Of a stretch of DNA of 64,000 nt, positions 32,043-43,990 are shown piece by piece. Origin of the DNA: the human T2T-CHM13v2.0 reference genome, Homo sapiens. The notes beneath the pieces were generated by a model. That model did not search any database, had not been told where the DNA came from, and saw only the letters and a program-made list of their open reading frames with translations. Numbering within the stretch: the stretch's first letter is position 1; each line of letters starts with the position of its first letter. Location of the stretch: the NCBI RefSeq assembly GCF_009914755.1, contig NC_060928.1. One strand, 5' to 3'. The translations under genes were made by a program, and so were the position numbers.

Positions 32043-35000
32043 CAAGTTAGAACTTGGCTCTCTAAGCAAGCTCCTGCTGTGGACTGATGGGCTGAACTGG
32101 TGCCAGCCGGATCTGCCTACTGAGTTTGCCTTTCCATAGAAAAGACATTAACAAGCATCCTGGAAAGGGAAGGTGCTGTCATTGCAAAGCAAATAAGTTA
32201 GCTGTCTTATAAGAAAGGCAAAACTGACAGAGATGTCTTACAAACTTCTGATGTATGAATTAAGTGAAAAAATATATAACTGGGTTTGACACAATCTATT
32301 CTGCTGGCAGAGTCCCACAATTTATTTACAAGAAGACTATATATTATCTTCTTAACAAACACACAGTCCAAAATCTTGACTTCCTTGAGGGTGTTGGAAC
32401 AAAACAGGCAGGGGCTCTTACCCTCTTAAATCATTTTGACTTAGTGGAGGATGGAAGGAGGGAGGAAGAGAAAGAGGGAAAGAGGAAGAGAGGATGGGAA
32501 GAGACATGACAAATGAAAATAAGAGTGTAAAATTAATATAAGAGAAAAAAGACATTACCCATCTCTGAGTAAAAGAACAGACTGTATTTTCTCTAAATCT
32601 TCCAATACTTAGCCTGAAACATGTTTCCAAGTAGGAACATGTTCTTGCAAAGCATATGTAAAATATTTCAACCCTCAGGTTTTGGCTCTTTAATTTTTTT
32701 TATTTTTTACCAGAATCATTTACTTAACAGAGTTGTGTGGCTAGTTTATTTAGAACTGAAGACAAGCTCGATGAATGCAGAAGATGGCCTGGGCAATAGT
32801 CCAGCAACTAAAACATAATTAGAATTATCACAGACACTTTAATCCCAATTATTTAATCTGTGGGGTGTCCAACACAACAAGTGTTTGGCATAACTCAACA
32901 AAACAGATCTTACAGAGAAATAGAAGGAAAAAACAACAACAACAACAAATGTATGAAACAAAATGAACTAGGGATTTATTTATTCTTTTTTCTTTAGGCT
33001 GGGGTTTTATCTTCAGGGTCATAGTAAAACAAATGTAAAATTAGAATGTGTGAGTGTGTGAGAGTGTGTATGTGGGCAGGGGTGATATTTTTTAAAAATA
33101 AGATTGAAAACAATACTCAAAACTGTTATTAATATCAATTTTGTGGTGATACCACATTGACATCCCTCTCCCTACCCTTTCTTCCAGCCTTCCAACAACC
33201 TTTCCACACACTCAGCACACACCCATGGGCACATACACCAAAATTCCAGGCAAGTTATTGCACTCTGCTTAATAAACACACAACAATTAAAGGCATGAAC
33301 ATTTTATCACTGAGAGACACAGAGGAAAGAAGGCATGCCCTAGGTTCTACTTTTGTTTGACAAAGTTTTGTTATGCTTACCTATAGTATAACTAATAATT
33401 TAAGCATTATTAATAAAGTAACACATAAGCTGATCAGAGACTAAAGACTGCAAACCCTACAGGAAAAGAAGAGCTACAGAAAAGTTTAATTATGAATAGA
33501 ATCTACTAGGACTTTTTAAACTGGGATACAATTAAATGGCACTCTAAAGGCAAAACATAGACACTTTTTTAAAAGAGGTTTTCAGGCAATTTTTAAATAT
33601 AGAAATGACTGCTTATGGTTTCTTTAAATCACTATAAATTTAAAATCATTTCACAAAGTTAGACTAACATTAAAATGACAATAAATGTCATCATACCAAA
33701 CCACAGAGTTTTTAAGAACTCCAAGTGGGACACCTACTAAATTACAGTTTTCTTTTATGACTTTGTAACATCTGAGATTCTCATTAGGGATACTGGATGA
33801 AAATTTGAGCTTTTAGGGAAAAAAAAATAAAAAACAAAAAACAAGACCTTCAATTACTACAAATTTCACCAGACACAATTCAAATTCTTATGTATCTTAT
33901 AGCACTTTTTCCTTCTGTTTATTTTTCTTTGCACTAACAGATTATATCATGTAACAATTGTTTAAGATGGTAATGAAATAGTTTAAATGCGATTTTTAAA
34001 ATCTGATTCTTGAAATTAATTGATCAGAATTACATTTTAAACCACTCAAATATTTCTTATTGTTATTATAATAGGAATTTAAAAAATAGAGCCATATCTT
34101 TCTTTTATGTGATAAGAATAATTGCAATGAATAAAACTTCTGTATGGGAATTCTATAGGGTCAAAAGAAAAATGCAAATTCCAATAAAGTCTTAATATTC
34201 AAAAATAACTGCACCACTATTTATTTGGAGCTTCATGTGGAAATACCCATTTCACAGTACAATTTATATGACATCAGATTCTATTTTTGTAAAAGCTTCT
34301 TTATTACAAGAACATTTTGCATATGTTAATAAATGAATTGTCAAAAATAAGATGTTCAAAATTTATATTTAAAATTGCTACACTGCTTCCATTTTTACCT
34401 TGCTCAAACACTTTAAAATCTATCTCATGAACTGAATACAAACAAATGTCTGGAAAGTCAGAAACTAAAAGTAAATATTAAATAGAGAAAAACTGTCCTA
34501 AGAATTCATGCTAATTGTTTTGGAAGTTCAAAATCAAATACTTAAAAAATAGATCATTCATATTTTGAAATAAACATTTTCAATGGCACCAATTATTTAG
34601 ACTAGATTTTCAACATCTAATAATTGTTAGTTTTCTAACTGTCATATCATGCCTTCAAAAATTGTTATTAGTACATCAGAAAATCTCTTGTTATTTATGT
34701 ATTTTCTATCTCTAATGCATCTCACTCAATAAATGTTTGTTGATTACTTTAAAGATAGGTACTAATAATTTTTTCTTAAAAAATGAACCCATTTTAATCT
34801 GTGTTTACAAAGCCTTCAGAACTCATTTTGCTTTTTATCTACCTTTATGTACACCCATAGGAATATCTGTACCAATTACACAAGGATAGAACATATGATA
34901 AATTTTTAAAATCAGTTAACTATCCCATTAGGTATATAAGTATACAACGGACTATAATAACTCTTTTGAAGAAACCCTTATCTATCCTATGAATTACATA

Positions 35001-38000
35001 ACTTTTGATAAAATAAATATGTATTTACTCAGAAGGGCACAGCAGTAGGAGCCATTCTCCACCTGAAATATACTCACTACAGATATTATAACAGTAAGAA
35101 TCATTCTGAGCTTCTAAGTAAGAGTTGACATTTTTAGCTCTAATGTTGCTTTTATAATCACAATTCACTCTTTCTGAAAAGAAAAATGCAAATACTACGA
35201 TCAATTTTTACTGATTAATAAGCAAGACATGAAATTCAAACCTCAGTTAATTCTGATGCTTTATAAAAACCATTGTGAGCTATTTTAAGATTGTTTAAAA
35301 TGATGTCATAATCTTTAAGTAGGTACCCCTGCTAACTTAAATTGGAACTATTCATTAGTAAAATAGAATATATTAAATATATGCTAATTTAAATTGAAAA
35401 AATAATGTCTAAAGAGTTATCAATAATTTGTTCAGCAATTATTTCTTTGAAGTATGAACACGATATTTTTCTTTTGAAAAAAGAACATTAAATTTGACTC
35501 ATAAAAAGGATAACAGCTATAGTTAGCTAATATAATTATGTACATTATACTCTATTTTTACAGTCAAAGGTAGAAAGGTTTCTACCAAATGAAAAAGAAA
35601 CTAATTGCCATTCAAGCAAATACATTTAAAAAAGCACTCCAGACAAAGGAGATTCAAGTGGTAGAGTCAATCAACAAAAGTGTGGTGGAAATAACTAAAG
35701 CATAGTTATTTTCTCAATGGTAGCAATCAATTCTGAATAAAATATTTAATTAAAAAGTTTGGAAATGTTTGCTATAAACAGCTATATCATTTCATTTTGA
35801 TTTTGCATCTAAAGATACAAAAACACATACTCTAAGTGGTCACATTTTATAGAGCATAATAATATCAATATGTTATAGTAAATAATGTTCTTATAGGTGT
35901 AAAAAGTGCACCTTTTTTTCCATACCAACTATATTTTATGTGAATTGGAATAAAGAGCCAACAGTATTTCCAGATGACAATATTACAAGAAGAATATTTC
36001 CAATCAAAGAAAAATCTTTGTTTTAAATGCAGAAATTGTTCACTGTCCTCTCTGTCTTATATGAGTAAATGAAATCCTCTTACCTGTCACCCTAACACCC
36101 AAGAAGATCTTTGTCTACCTCAAAAGGAGCTTAAAATGTCAAGACCTAGGTCCCCTTTTCATGGTTTATTAAGCAAAAAGCCAAAACTATTCACGGTCCC
36201 TTGTAGTTTCAACAATCTATGATTCAAATAGGGGTAATAGCTCTCTTTTCTTGTTCAGTAATGTCCTGGTGAGGAAATGATTTTACTGTCCTTTTTTCTG
36301 TGGGGTCCTGCGGATTTATCTAAAAGGAAATGAATTACAACAGGATGACAAGGCCACAGAATAAAGCCATTTAGTTTTACAAATCTATTATGTCCTCCAA
36401 TCTATTTTATGGGCCTGGTTCTATTATAAGCCAAGAAAAACCCTAAAACAAACTTTTTTTTTCCTTTTTTATCTTTCCAAGGAAAACATTTACAAGTTTA
36501 TGATAGTTTTTCAGGCAGTTTAGCCTTTTCTTCCCACCTTATGTGTTTCTACCCCACTTTCTTAAACATACAAAACATTCAGAGACAAGAAACTGGACTT
36601 TTTAAATCCAAACTGCTGACAACTGTCAGAAGCACTTTACTGGGACATTACTGACTGTAGCTTCAATGAATTAAGCTTGATTCACTGCGGGTGAATCATT
36701 TTCAATGCAGGGCTGTTCAGCAGTAATTGGCCAAGAATCCCTGCTGTGAAAAGCACTTGTCAAATAATGCTTGTTTACAAATATATCTCCAGACAGCAAA
36801 AAGTGGCAGCTACTGAATAAGTTCAGGGCCACCTCCAAAATTCATAGCAGTGGACATGAACCCTTTACTTACTAAATTTATTTAAATTTTCACTTGCAGA
36901 TACACTTGCTAATATTTGTCCTGCTTGATCAGAGACAAGTCTGTTTCTAAATATACCTCTGAAATCTTTTATAATAAAAAAGTTTTGAATATTATACTGT
37001 AGATCAAATATTCCTTTCACATGTAGTTTATGACTAATATACTAAAACTACTAAGGATATATTTATCTTATAAATTGCTTAGAATTTAGACTAAAGGGTA
37101 AATTTTCCTCTTATTGTCTGCTATCCAACATATTCAAACATGCCAAATAAACACATTTCATATCAGTCCAAAATTCCAGATATATGTTTGGCTTTTTCTA
37201 TTCAATTCTGCTTGGTTATATCTAACAAAGTTAAATTTAAGAAATGACTAGAATAGCAGCTATGAATATACACTTACATTTATTCTGTATGTTTTAAAAC
37301 TTTTTTTCACATAATGGGAGCATTCATAATACGCACACACACACATACACACACAGTCTTTGGGAAATCACTAAGCATCTATAGATTGCAGAAGTCAAAT
37401 TATATGAGAAAAAGTGATTAATGAGTTCAGCATATACATGAAATCTTTCTGCCCCCTGACCTTCCAAAGTCCCTCCAGAAGCAAACAAACAAATTGGAAA
37501 ACTCTAATCTGAATCTCTAAAAAAGCCCAAACATTTTATGAATATTTTAGCATAAATAAATATTTTAATACACTCTGCTGCTCAATTTATAGCAATAGCA
37601 TGGAGAAACAAGAAGAGAAGAATCTATATTTCACAGAGCAGAAATAAAGATCTAGGATACTAGGTGGAAAGATGGAAAACTGCTCAGCTGAGATAGGATG
37701 AATTAGATAATGACATAGATATTTACACAATTTTATTTCCAATTAAGTATAATAGTGACATATTACAAAATGTGCCCCAAACAGCAGGCTTTTTTCAGAG
37801 CACCAGGTGGTAAGGTACATCTCATTTTTGATTAGATCCCCAAGCCCCATCTCCGTGTAGTCCAAGTTTTGCTGTGTGACGGACTAGATGAGGTAAGACA
37901 ATACAATCTGTGGGTGTTAAATCTGTAACAACAGCCAGGCTGTGTTCCACAAGATTCCAGCTCTGCCTTCAACACCTTAGGAGACCGGCGCTATTTCTCC

Positions 38001-39916
38001 TTCCTTCTCTTTCCTTCTGCCTCTTCCTCCCTGCACAGTCTTGGCTCTTGTTCCCATTCAGTGTCACTCTCCCTGAGAATTGAATTCTTCCAATTTTCTA
38101 ACCAAGAGCGACTCCCTTTCATCTCCACCTAAGTTCTCCCCTTCCATCACACCTGGAGAGAGGACTTGAAATCTAACGGAAACACGAAAGGATGAATGAT
38201 ATTACTGTTAAACCTCTTCAAATTCAAACGAGGATGCCCCTTTCGGTGGAATAAGACAGTTAATAAAAGAGCCTCCTCCAAAGCTGTTATAATCCTCCAG
38301 ACGTCTAACAGAATGAATTTAACATAAGGTGTTAATAAAAGGTCTACGACTCTCAAAAACATTTTTTCAACTTTATCAGAAAGGGAAAATACCCAATTGT
38401 TTGGCTTAAGCATGAGAGATAGCTATATATATGTATATAGATAAATGCAGATAAATACACATAAGCCTTTAATTAGCGTTTAAAAAATAAACTTAGAGGT
38501 TAAAGAGAAAGTTCATGGGATGAGGGCAGGGGAGCCTCTATCTGCCCTGCTTTCACACCCTTCCTTTAGAGCTGGCATTGCTGGGATATCAGCTCAGCGC
38601 CTTCTCCTACAGCGGAGACTGAACCCATGCAAGTCACGAGGACACACACGACTCCACCACTGCTGCTTCATCTTTCCGGTCTAGTGTCCCGTGCCCAGGA
38701 GTGGAAGGAATTTCTGCAAGGTTTTGAGCCTCACGCGTCGCATCCACAGCCCCAAACCGAAACCTCACCATTCTAGCCAAAGTGGGTAGGTTTTTCTATG
38801 TTTTCATGGTGGAGCTGACAGATCTGGATCTGAGATACTGTTCCCGCCCCTCCGCGAGTAATGCGCCCTTGGGCTGAGACCCGAGCTCAGTCCGGGTGTG
38901 GGAGAGGAGCAAGCGCTGCTGGAGGGGACCCAAAGGCAGAGGTCTCAGGTCCAAGAGGCAGGCGGACAGAGGGGCTGAGCACTGTTCCGGGAGCACGAAG
39001 AGCGACACAGGTGTTGCTCCCGCGCCAGCTCTACTCTCCCAGAAAAAGGCAGGGACAGTATTCTGGGTCTGGAGCACAGGATTGGGGGTAGGGAGGGGGA
39101 CTGGGTACTCCTGGATCAGGTGCTGGCCAGAGCAGGTCTTTTCCGTCTTTAAGACATGCCCAGGTGGGTTTTAGCGGCAACTTCCTAGCAGCGACACTCC
39201 CCCTCACCCCTCCTGCCGCGGCATCCCACCTTCTCGCCTTCTTCCACCTTGGCTTGAGTGTGACAATGAACTCCCCCAAGAAGAAGGGCACCCAACTGTG
39301 TGGGGCGCCTTCTGTCCTTCGCTATACCCCTCCCACGAGAAATAAAAGCTCCTGCCACCCACCCCAGAATAGCAGCTGGTGATGCCCTAAATAACAGCTC
39401 CCAGCAGGCACTTTCCCCAAAAATAAAAGCATCCAGCCACCCCCACAACGTTTCCCATCACTGGCCTCAAATAACGGTTTCTAAAAGCCCCACTGCTCCA
39501 GAGATCCTTGTCACTGAGCTTCCAACAGTTCCCACTCCTTCAAGCCCGAAATGTCACTTCCCCACGCGCCTTAAGTGAGGCCCAGCCGCACCCATCCCCC
39601 TGGAACGGGCCTCCATTCCCCAAAGGAGGCCTCGACCTCCTTTCCCCCAAGGTTTTCCACCTTCCCAGCCCCCCAACCAGCCTCTGTCCACACGCATGTT
39701 CCTTGCCCAGCACTCCGCAGCTAACGTCAAACAATGCAACCAAAAACCGCAGAGGGGAGCGAAAAGGCCAGTGGAAGGGGACGACAAATACCAATTTGAG
39801 ATGAGACTGCGATTTAGTCTGCAGCAGCAGCGTCCAGCGCGCTGAGACCTGAACTCCCAGGCCCCGCCTAGCCCCTCCGCCCCAGGTCGCCACGGTCCCC
39901 ACCCCCATCTCCCTAC

Positions 39917-40097
39917 CTTCGTTGCTGGGGCTGGCCAGGAGGGTCCGGAGTGCGGCGCACAGGAGAAGGCACGTCCAGAGGGGAGCCCGTCGAGGTGCAG
40001 AGTAGCAGCCGGCCAGGGACGCTGGGGTGATGGGGGTGTCGCCGCCGCCGCTTGGGGGCCGCCGGCGTCCCGCACCCCGGGGCCCCGAGCCCCGCAT
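39917..40097 (-). CDS. EPHA5: EPHA5 coding exon 1 (N-terminus/signal region, 60 codons + 1 nt)
   Basis: Translates to [60 protein letters not shown], the recognised human EphA5 N-terminus. Start context is GAGAAG-ATG (A at -3). The exon ends at the donor AAG|gtaggg (39917/39916), phase 1. Confidence 0.97.
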
Positions 40098-40900
40098 CTT
40101 CTCCGAGCCTCCTCCGGTGCCGCTGTCCCGAGCGGCTCAGTCCACCGCTTCGGCCTCGCAGAGCGGCGAAGGGAGACTCGGGAGTCCTCCTTGTCCCCCC
40201 TTGGGGTCCTACGCCTTCTGGCACGCGGCTCCTCCAAATGTAGGAACCACGGATCCGGCTGAGACAGCTGAAGTTTGCTTCTGGCTCCTCTCGCCTCCCC
40301 CTTTGGTGGGGTTAAATGAAATATTAGTTCTGGTTGCTAGTGCAGATCTGGACTCGGATCAAGGGTGTCGAGAGGGTCCTGGGTCCTGTTCCTTTGCCTT
40401 TCAAAAAGACTTTTTACGGATTGAGAATTTTTAAATACCACTAGGGGAAAGGTGAAGGTTCTTTGCAGCCTTCAGTGTTGAAATGGACGAAGGTAAGGAA
40501 GACAAATCATTTTAAGACGAAATCTCCGATTTTTTAAAAAAGGAGGAAAAAAGCAGGGTGGCTAAGGATAAAGAAAGAGGACTTGAGAAAATGTGGAGAA
40601 TGAAAAACAGGAGAGCAGCGAGCAAAAGCAAAGATCCAGAGTTCAAAGAGACTGGCAGAAGGAAATAGCTGCGGGCTGAGTGCTGAAGAGGGGAGGGACT
40701 GACGGCTGCCGGCCGGTAGGAGCGCGGAGCTGCGCTGCGGCGGCCCAGGAGCTGCTGCGGTTCCCGCTGCTCGGGGAGCAGGCGGTGTGTGCGCGGCTGC
40801 GAAGTCGAGGTTGAAACTGCACCGCCAAGGCGCGCTCCTGCTGTGTCTGGAGCTCCGGCGTCTCCTCTGCCTCCCAGCTCAGCGCCTCCCACCCTCCTTC
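40098..40900 (-). other. EPHA5: EPHA5 exon 1 5' UTR (upstream boundary approximate)
   Basis: Contiguous with the start codon inside the CpG island and strongly depleted of upstream ATGs. The TSS cannot be fixed from sequence alone. Confidence 0.6.
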
Positions 40901-42767
40901 CCTCCTCCTCTTCCCAGCTCCCCCGCCCTCTGCTGCTCGCAGCCTCGCCAGTGAGAATCTACTGTAAGTGTGAATTGCTTCGACGAAGTCACACACCCAC
41001 GGAGGGAAGTAATCTGGAGGCTGCCTTGGTGAGTGTTGCCTAGCGGTCTCCGGGAAAGGCGCGTCTTCCTCCCGGGATAATTAGGGCAAGGAATCCTCCT
41101 GACGACGCTGGCGAGGACTGGGGTTCCCGGGAGGCGGAAGGGAGATCAGCCCCAGCTCAGCCGGCGGCCCTTAGAGACGCGGGTCCCTCCGTTTGGCATC
41201 TTGCCTGCTGTCCCTCACAGGCTGTGGCATCAACAACCTTGTCGTCACATCGCCGCGCATTCGCAGGCTCTGCTGGTCCGTGGCTAGTTTCTTAAACACC
41301 CATACCGCTTACCGCTGCTGACTCTTTCTGTTCTTCCCATACTTTGATGGCTGGAATAGGATAATTACTCAATGTTTTCTTCAGAAGTAAATTGTAGAGT
41401 AAATAAAGAGGCGGTAGCTCTGTTTGAGATTTCAAGGAGTCAAAGAATTTGACTATTGAGATTTGTAGTGTGCCAGGTACTTTCATAGGTGGCGATTTAA
41501 TTCATTTATTTCATTGATAAAATGTTTTAGTATTTTAGAAATTGGACGATATGCAGATACACGACATACATTCCAGTGAAATTAGCCTCGGTCAAATAAA
41601 TTCAGGGTTTTGAAAAATTAATTATTTTAATTGATTGTGCCCTATAGCATTGGGAGATTTACAAACAGTGAAAAAAAAAAACAGTTAAAACAATCAACTT
41701 TCTATGCTTCACCTCTATTATGTCTTTTCTTGCTTTAGTATATTCCCTCGATTTATTCATTCTTTCAAAGAGATACATTTGAAGGACAATTTTAGTACAC
41801 AGGCATTTAAAAACAAAAGGCTGCAGAGAAAGCACTTACAGAAAGGTCTGATTATAGAAGAAAGATATCTCATTTAATTTCATGTATAGTAACCACTGTA
41901 AAGCTTGGGCTTCCGTTCACACCTAATAAAGGTGAGTCAGCTCACCAGTTTTGACATATCTAGAGCCTTGTTTGTCTCCACAATAAATTCCTCACTATCT
42001 TTAGCTGGTGACATTTGTTTTTTGTTTAAATATTTGCAATAAAGATGAAAGAATAAAGCAGCAGTGATGCAATTTTGTAAAGAGGTGAAAGCTCATCTTT
42101 GATTTCTTTTTTTCCTGAAATGTTTTGGCACCAGAAGTCTGAAAGCAGGTTCTTTTTATTATAATGTGCTCCGAATGGATGAAGCAAATTTAGAGGAAGA
42201 GCAGTGAATCAGTTTCTCAGTTTGGCAAAAAGCCTCACGGGTGAGATGGAAAGTTAAAATTTATGTTTCTATTTGAGGGCCATTCAAAATGTAAGCTCCC
42301 CTCTCCCCTACAATTATAATTGAGTTACTTAAAAATATTTAAGCAGAATACCAACTACGATATCTAAAGCCCAGAAATATGTAGTAAAACTAATATGAGT
42401 TTAATGGGGCTTTGAGCTCGTTCCTTTACTTCTACAGGCTTCAGTATCCTCATCAGTAAAATGAGGAATTTGGAGAAGACAATCTTCAAGCCTTCTTCCC
42501 TTCCGTTGGTTGCATGTCTATGTGACTACCCTGTTCATCTATCTCCAATTATTTACTATTGGCCACAAAATAACCAAATTTTTCAGCCTAGAATTTAAAG
42601 CCTTCTACTACAAATGGTTTAAATATATTTTTTATTCTATACTACAATGTTAAACTCATTTTTCCCCTAAATTACCTCATGCCTCTCTGATTTTTCTACC
42701 TGTCATTCCATTCTAAAGAAATCCCACCTCTGGAAATATTTATCCGCCCCCCACCTCACCCCACCAC

Positions 42768-42768
<1 letters not shown>

Positions 42769-42813
<45 letters not shown>
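42769..42813. repeat. (AC)n microsatellite
   Basis: About 22 units. Confidence 0.95.
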
Positions 42814-42816
<3 letters not shown>

Positions 42817-43819
42817 CTGTCATCTAAATCATACCCAGTGTCCTAGGAGAGCCAGGCACTCAAGATTAAATTCTTCTTTTCTCAACAAAAAAGTTACTTC
42901 GTTCTCCTCCTCAAAGTACTCATAGCTTTACATAAATCAACACAATGCCAATATTTTCTGAATCAAAGGTGGAATAAAATTGTCTAACTATATCTAAAGA
43001 GAAGAAAGACAGAATTTAAATCTGGTTTGTCAAAGAAAACCTGGGACGCTGGTCAGCATGGGCATAATTGTGTTATCTTCTCCCAACATAGCTAAGTTAC
43101 ATGATTGAGAATACAGAAAGCAAAATTCTTTGTATTCTCCACCTTAAATTGCAGCCATCTTTCTCATAGTTCTTTAATAATATTGATTACACATCTCTGA
43201 AAGAATGAACAGCTGTAAAGTTCATTGAAGCTGTAAAGTTCATGAAGTTCTGATGACAACAATGAAAATCATTTTTTGATCTAAGGAGGGTTAATCAGAA
43301 AAGGTAATGATGGTGGTTTGACTTGGACTTCAAGCTCAAAGGAGATTCACATTTGGCCACGTGTTGATGTCTTGGCATATTAATACTTTTTATTTTAACA
43401 CAATTACATTGAACCATGGCATTGCATGAAAACTAGATTTGGTTTATATTTTTCTTTTATACTTATTGTTTTGCACAACAAAAGGCCATGCCATCAATAT
43501 TGGTTTTGGTGCCCTATTGTTTGCATTTCTCATTTCTTGGAATAGCTACTATGACCTTAAAAGATGCAAGTGGTTAGTGTCTCCCAAGATCTGTGCTTTT
43601 GTGTGACTTCAGTACTAAGTATTCCTGAAGGAAGGATATTCAAAGTAACCTTGATAAGGTGCCTTGAAAGTTTACTAACCTCATAAAAAGTTTTAATATT
43701 ATAGTTAGGTTCAGTGTATCAATAAGCCCAAATGTATCTTCCCTGCATTCAAAGATTCAAGAAAAGCAATTTTGACAGAAAGCCTTGCTAGTTTTTCCTG
43801 AAGATTTGCTATGTGTAAA

Positions 43820-43990
43820 GCATTATGTGACATTTTTACCTTAACTATTTTACTTAATGCTGACACTTCAACCCTGATGTTGGTGTAATTATTATCCCCA
43901 TGTTAATGATGAGAAAACTGAGGAAATGAGATTAGGTGATCCAAGTAGTCTCACAGCTGGTAAGACACGGAAACTTTCACCCATGGGATT
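43820..43990 (-). mobile_element. MIR
   Basis: attatccccatg...gatgagaaaactgagg...tcacagctggtaag. Confidence 0.65.

Larger units (their letters stand above)
38580..41310. promoter_or_regulatory. CpG island / TATA-less bidirectional promoter of EPHA5
   Basis: Sharp rise in GC and CpG content against the AT-rich flanks. GC box CCCCGCCC at 40921. Spans exon 1. Confidence 0.9.

Noticed and set aside
39540-40097. 185-aa ORF as a complete single-exon protein
   Set aside because: Only the first 60 codons are EphA5. The rest is intron read-through past the donor at 39916.
38796-41043. Many overlapping 60-227 aa ORFs on both strands
   Set aside because: They are expected from stop-codon scarcity in a GC-rich island. 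Those checked (40237, 40224) begin at TTG or GTG, and none resembles a known protein.
41268-41292. Possible REST/RE1 site (gctggtccgtggct)
   Set aside because: It is only a partial match with wrong spacing and lacks the GTGCTGAA half.
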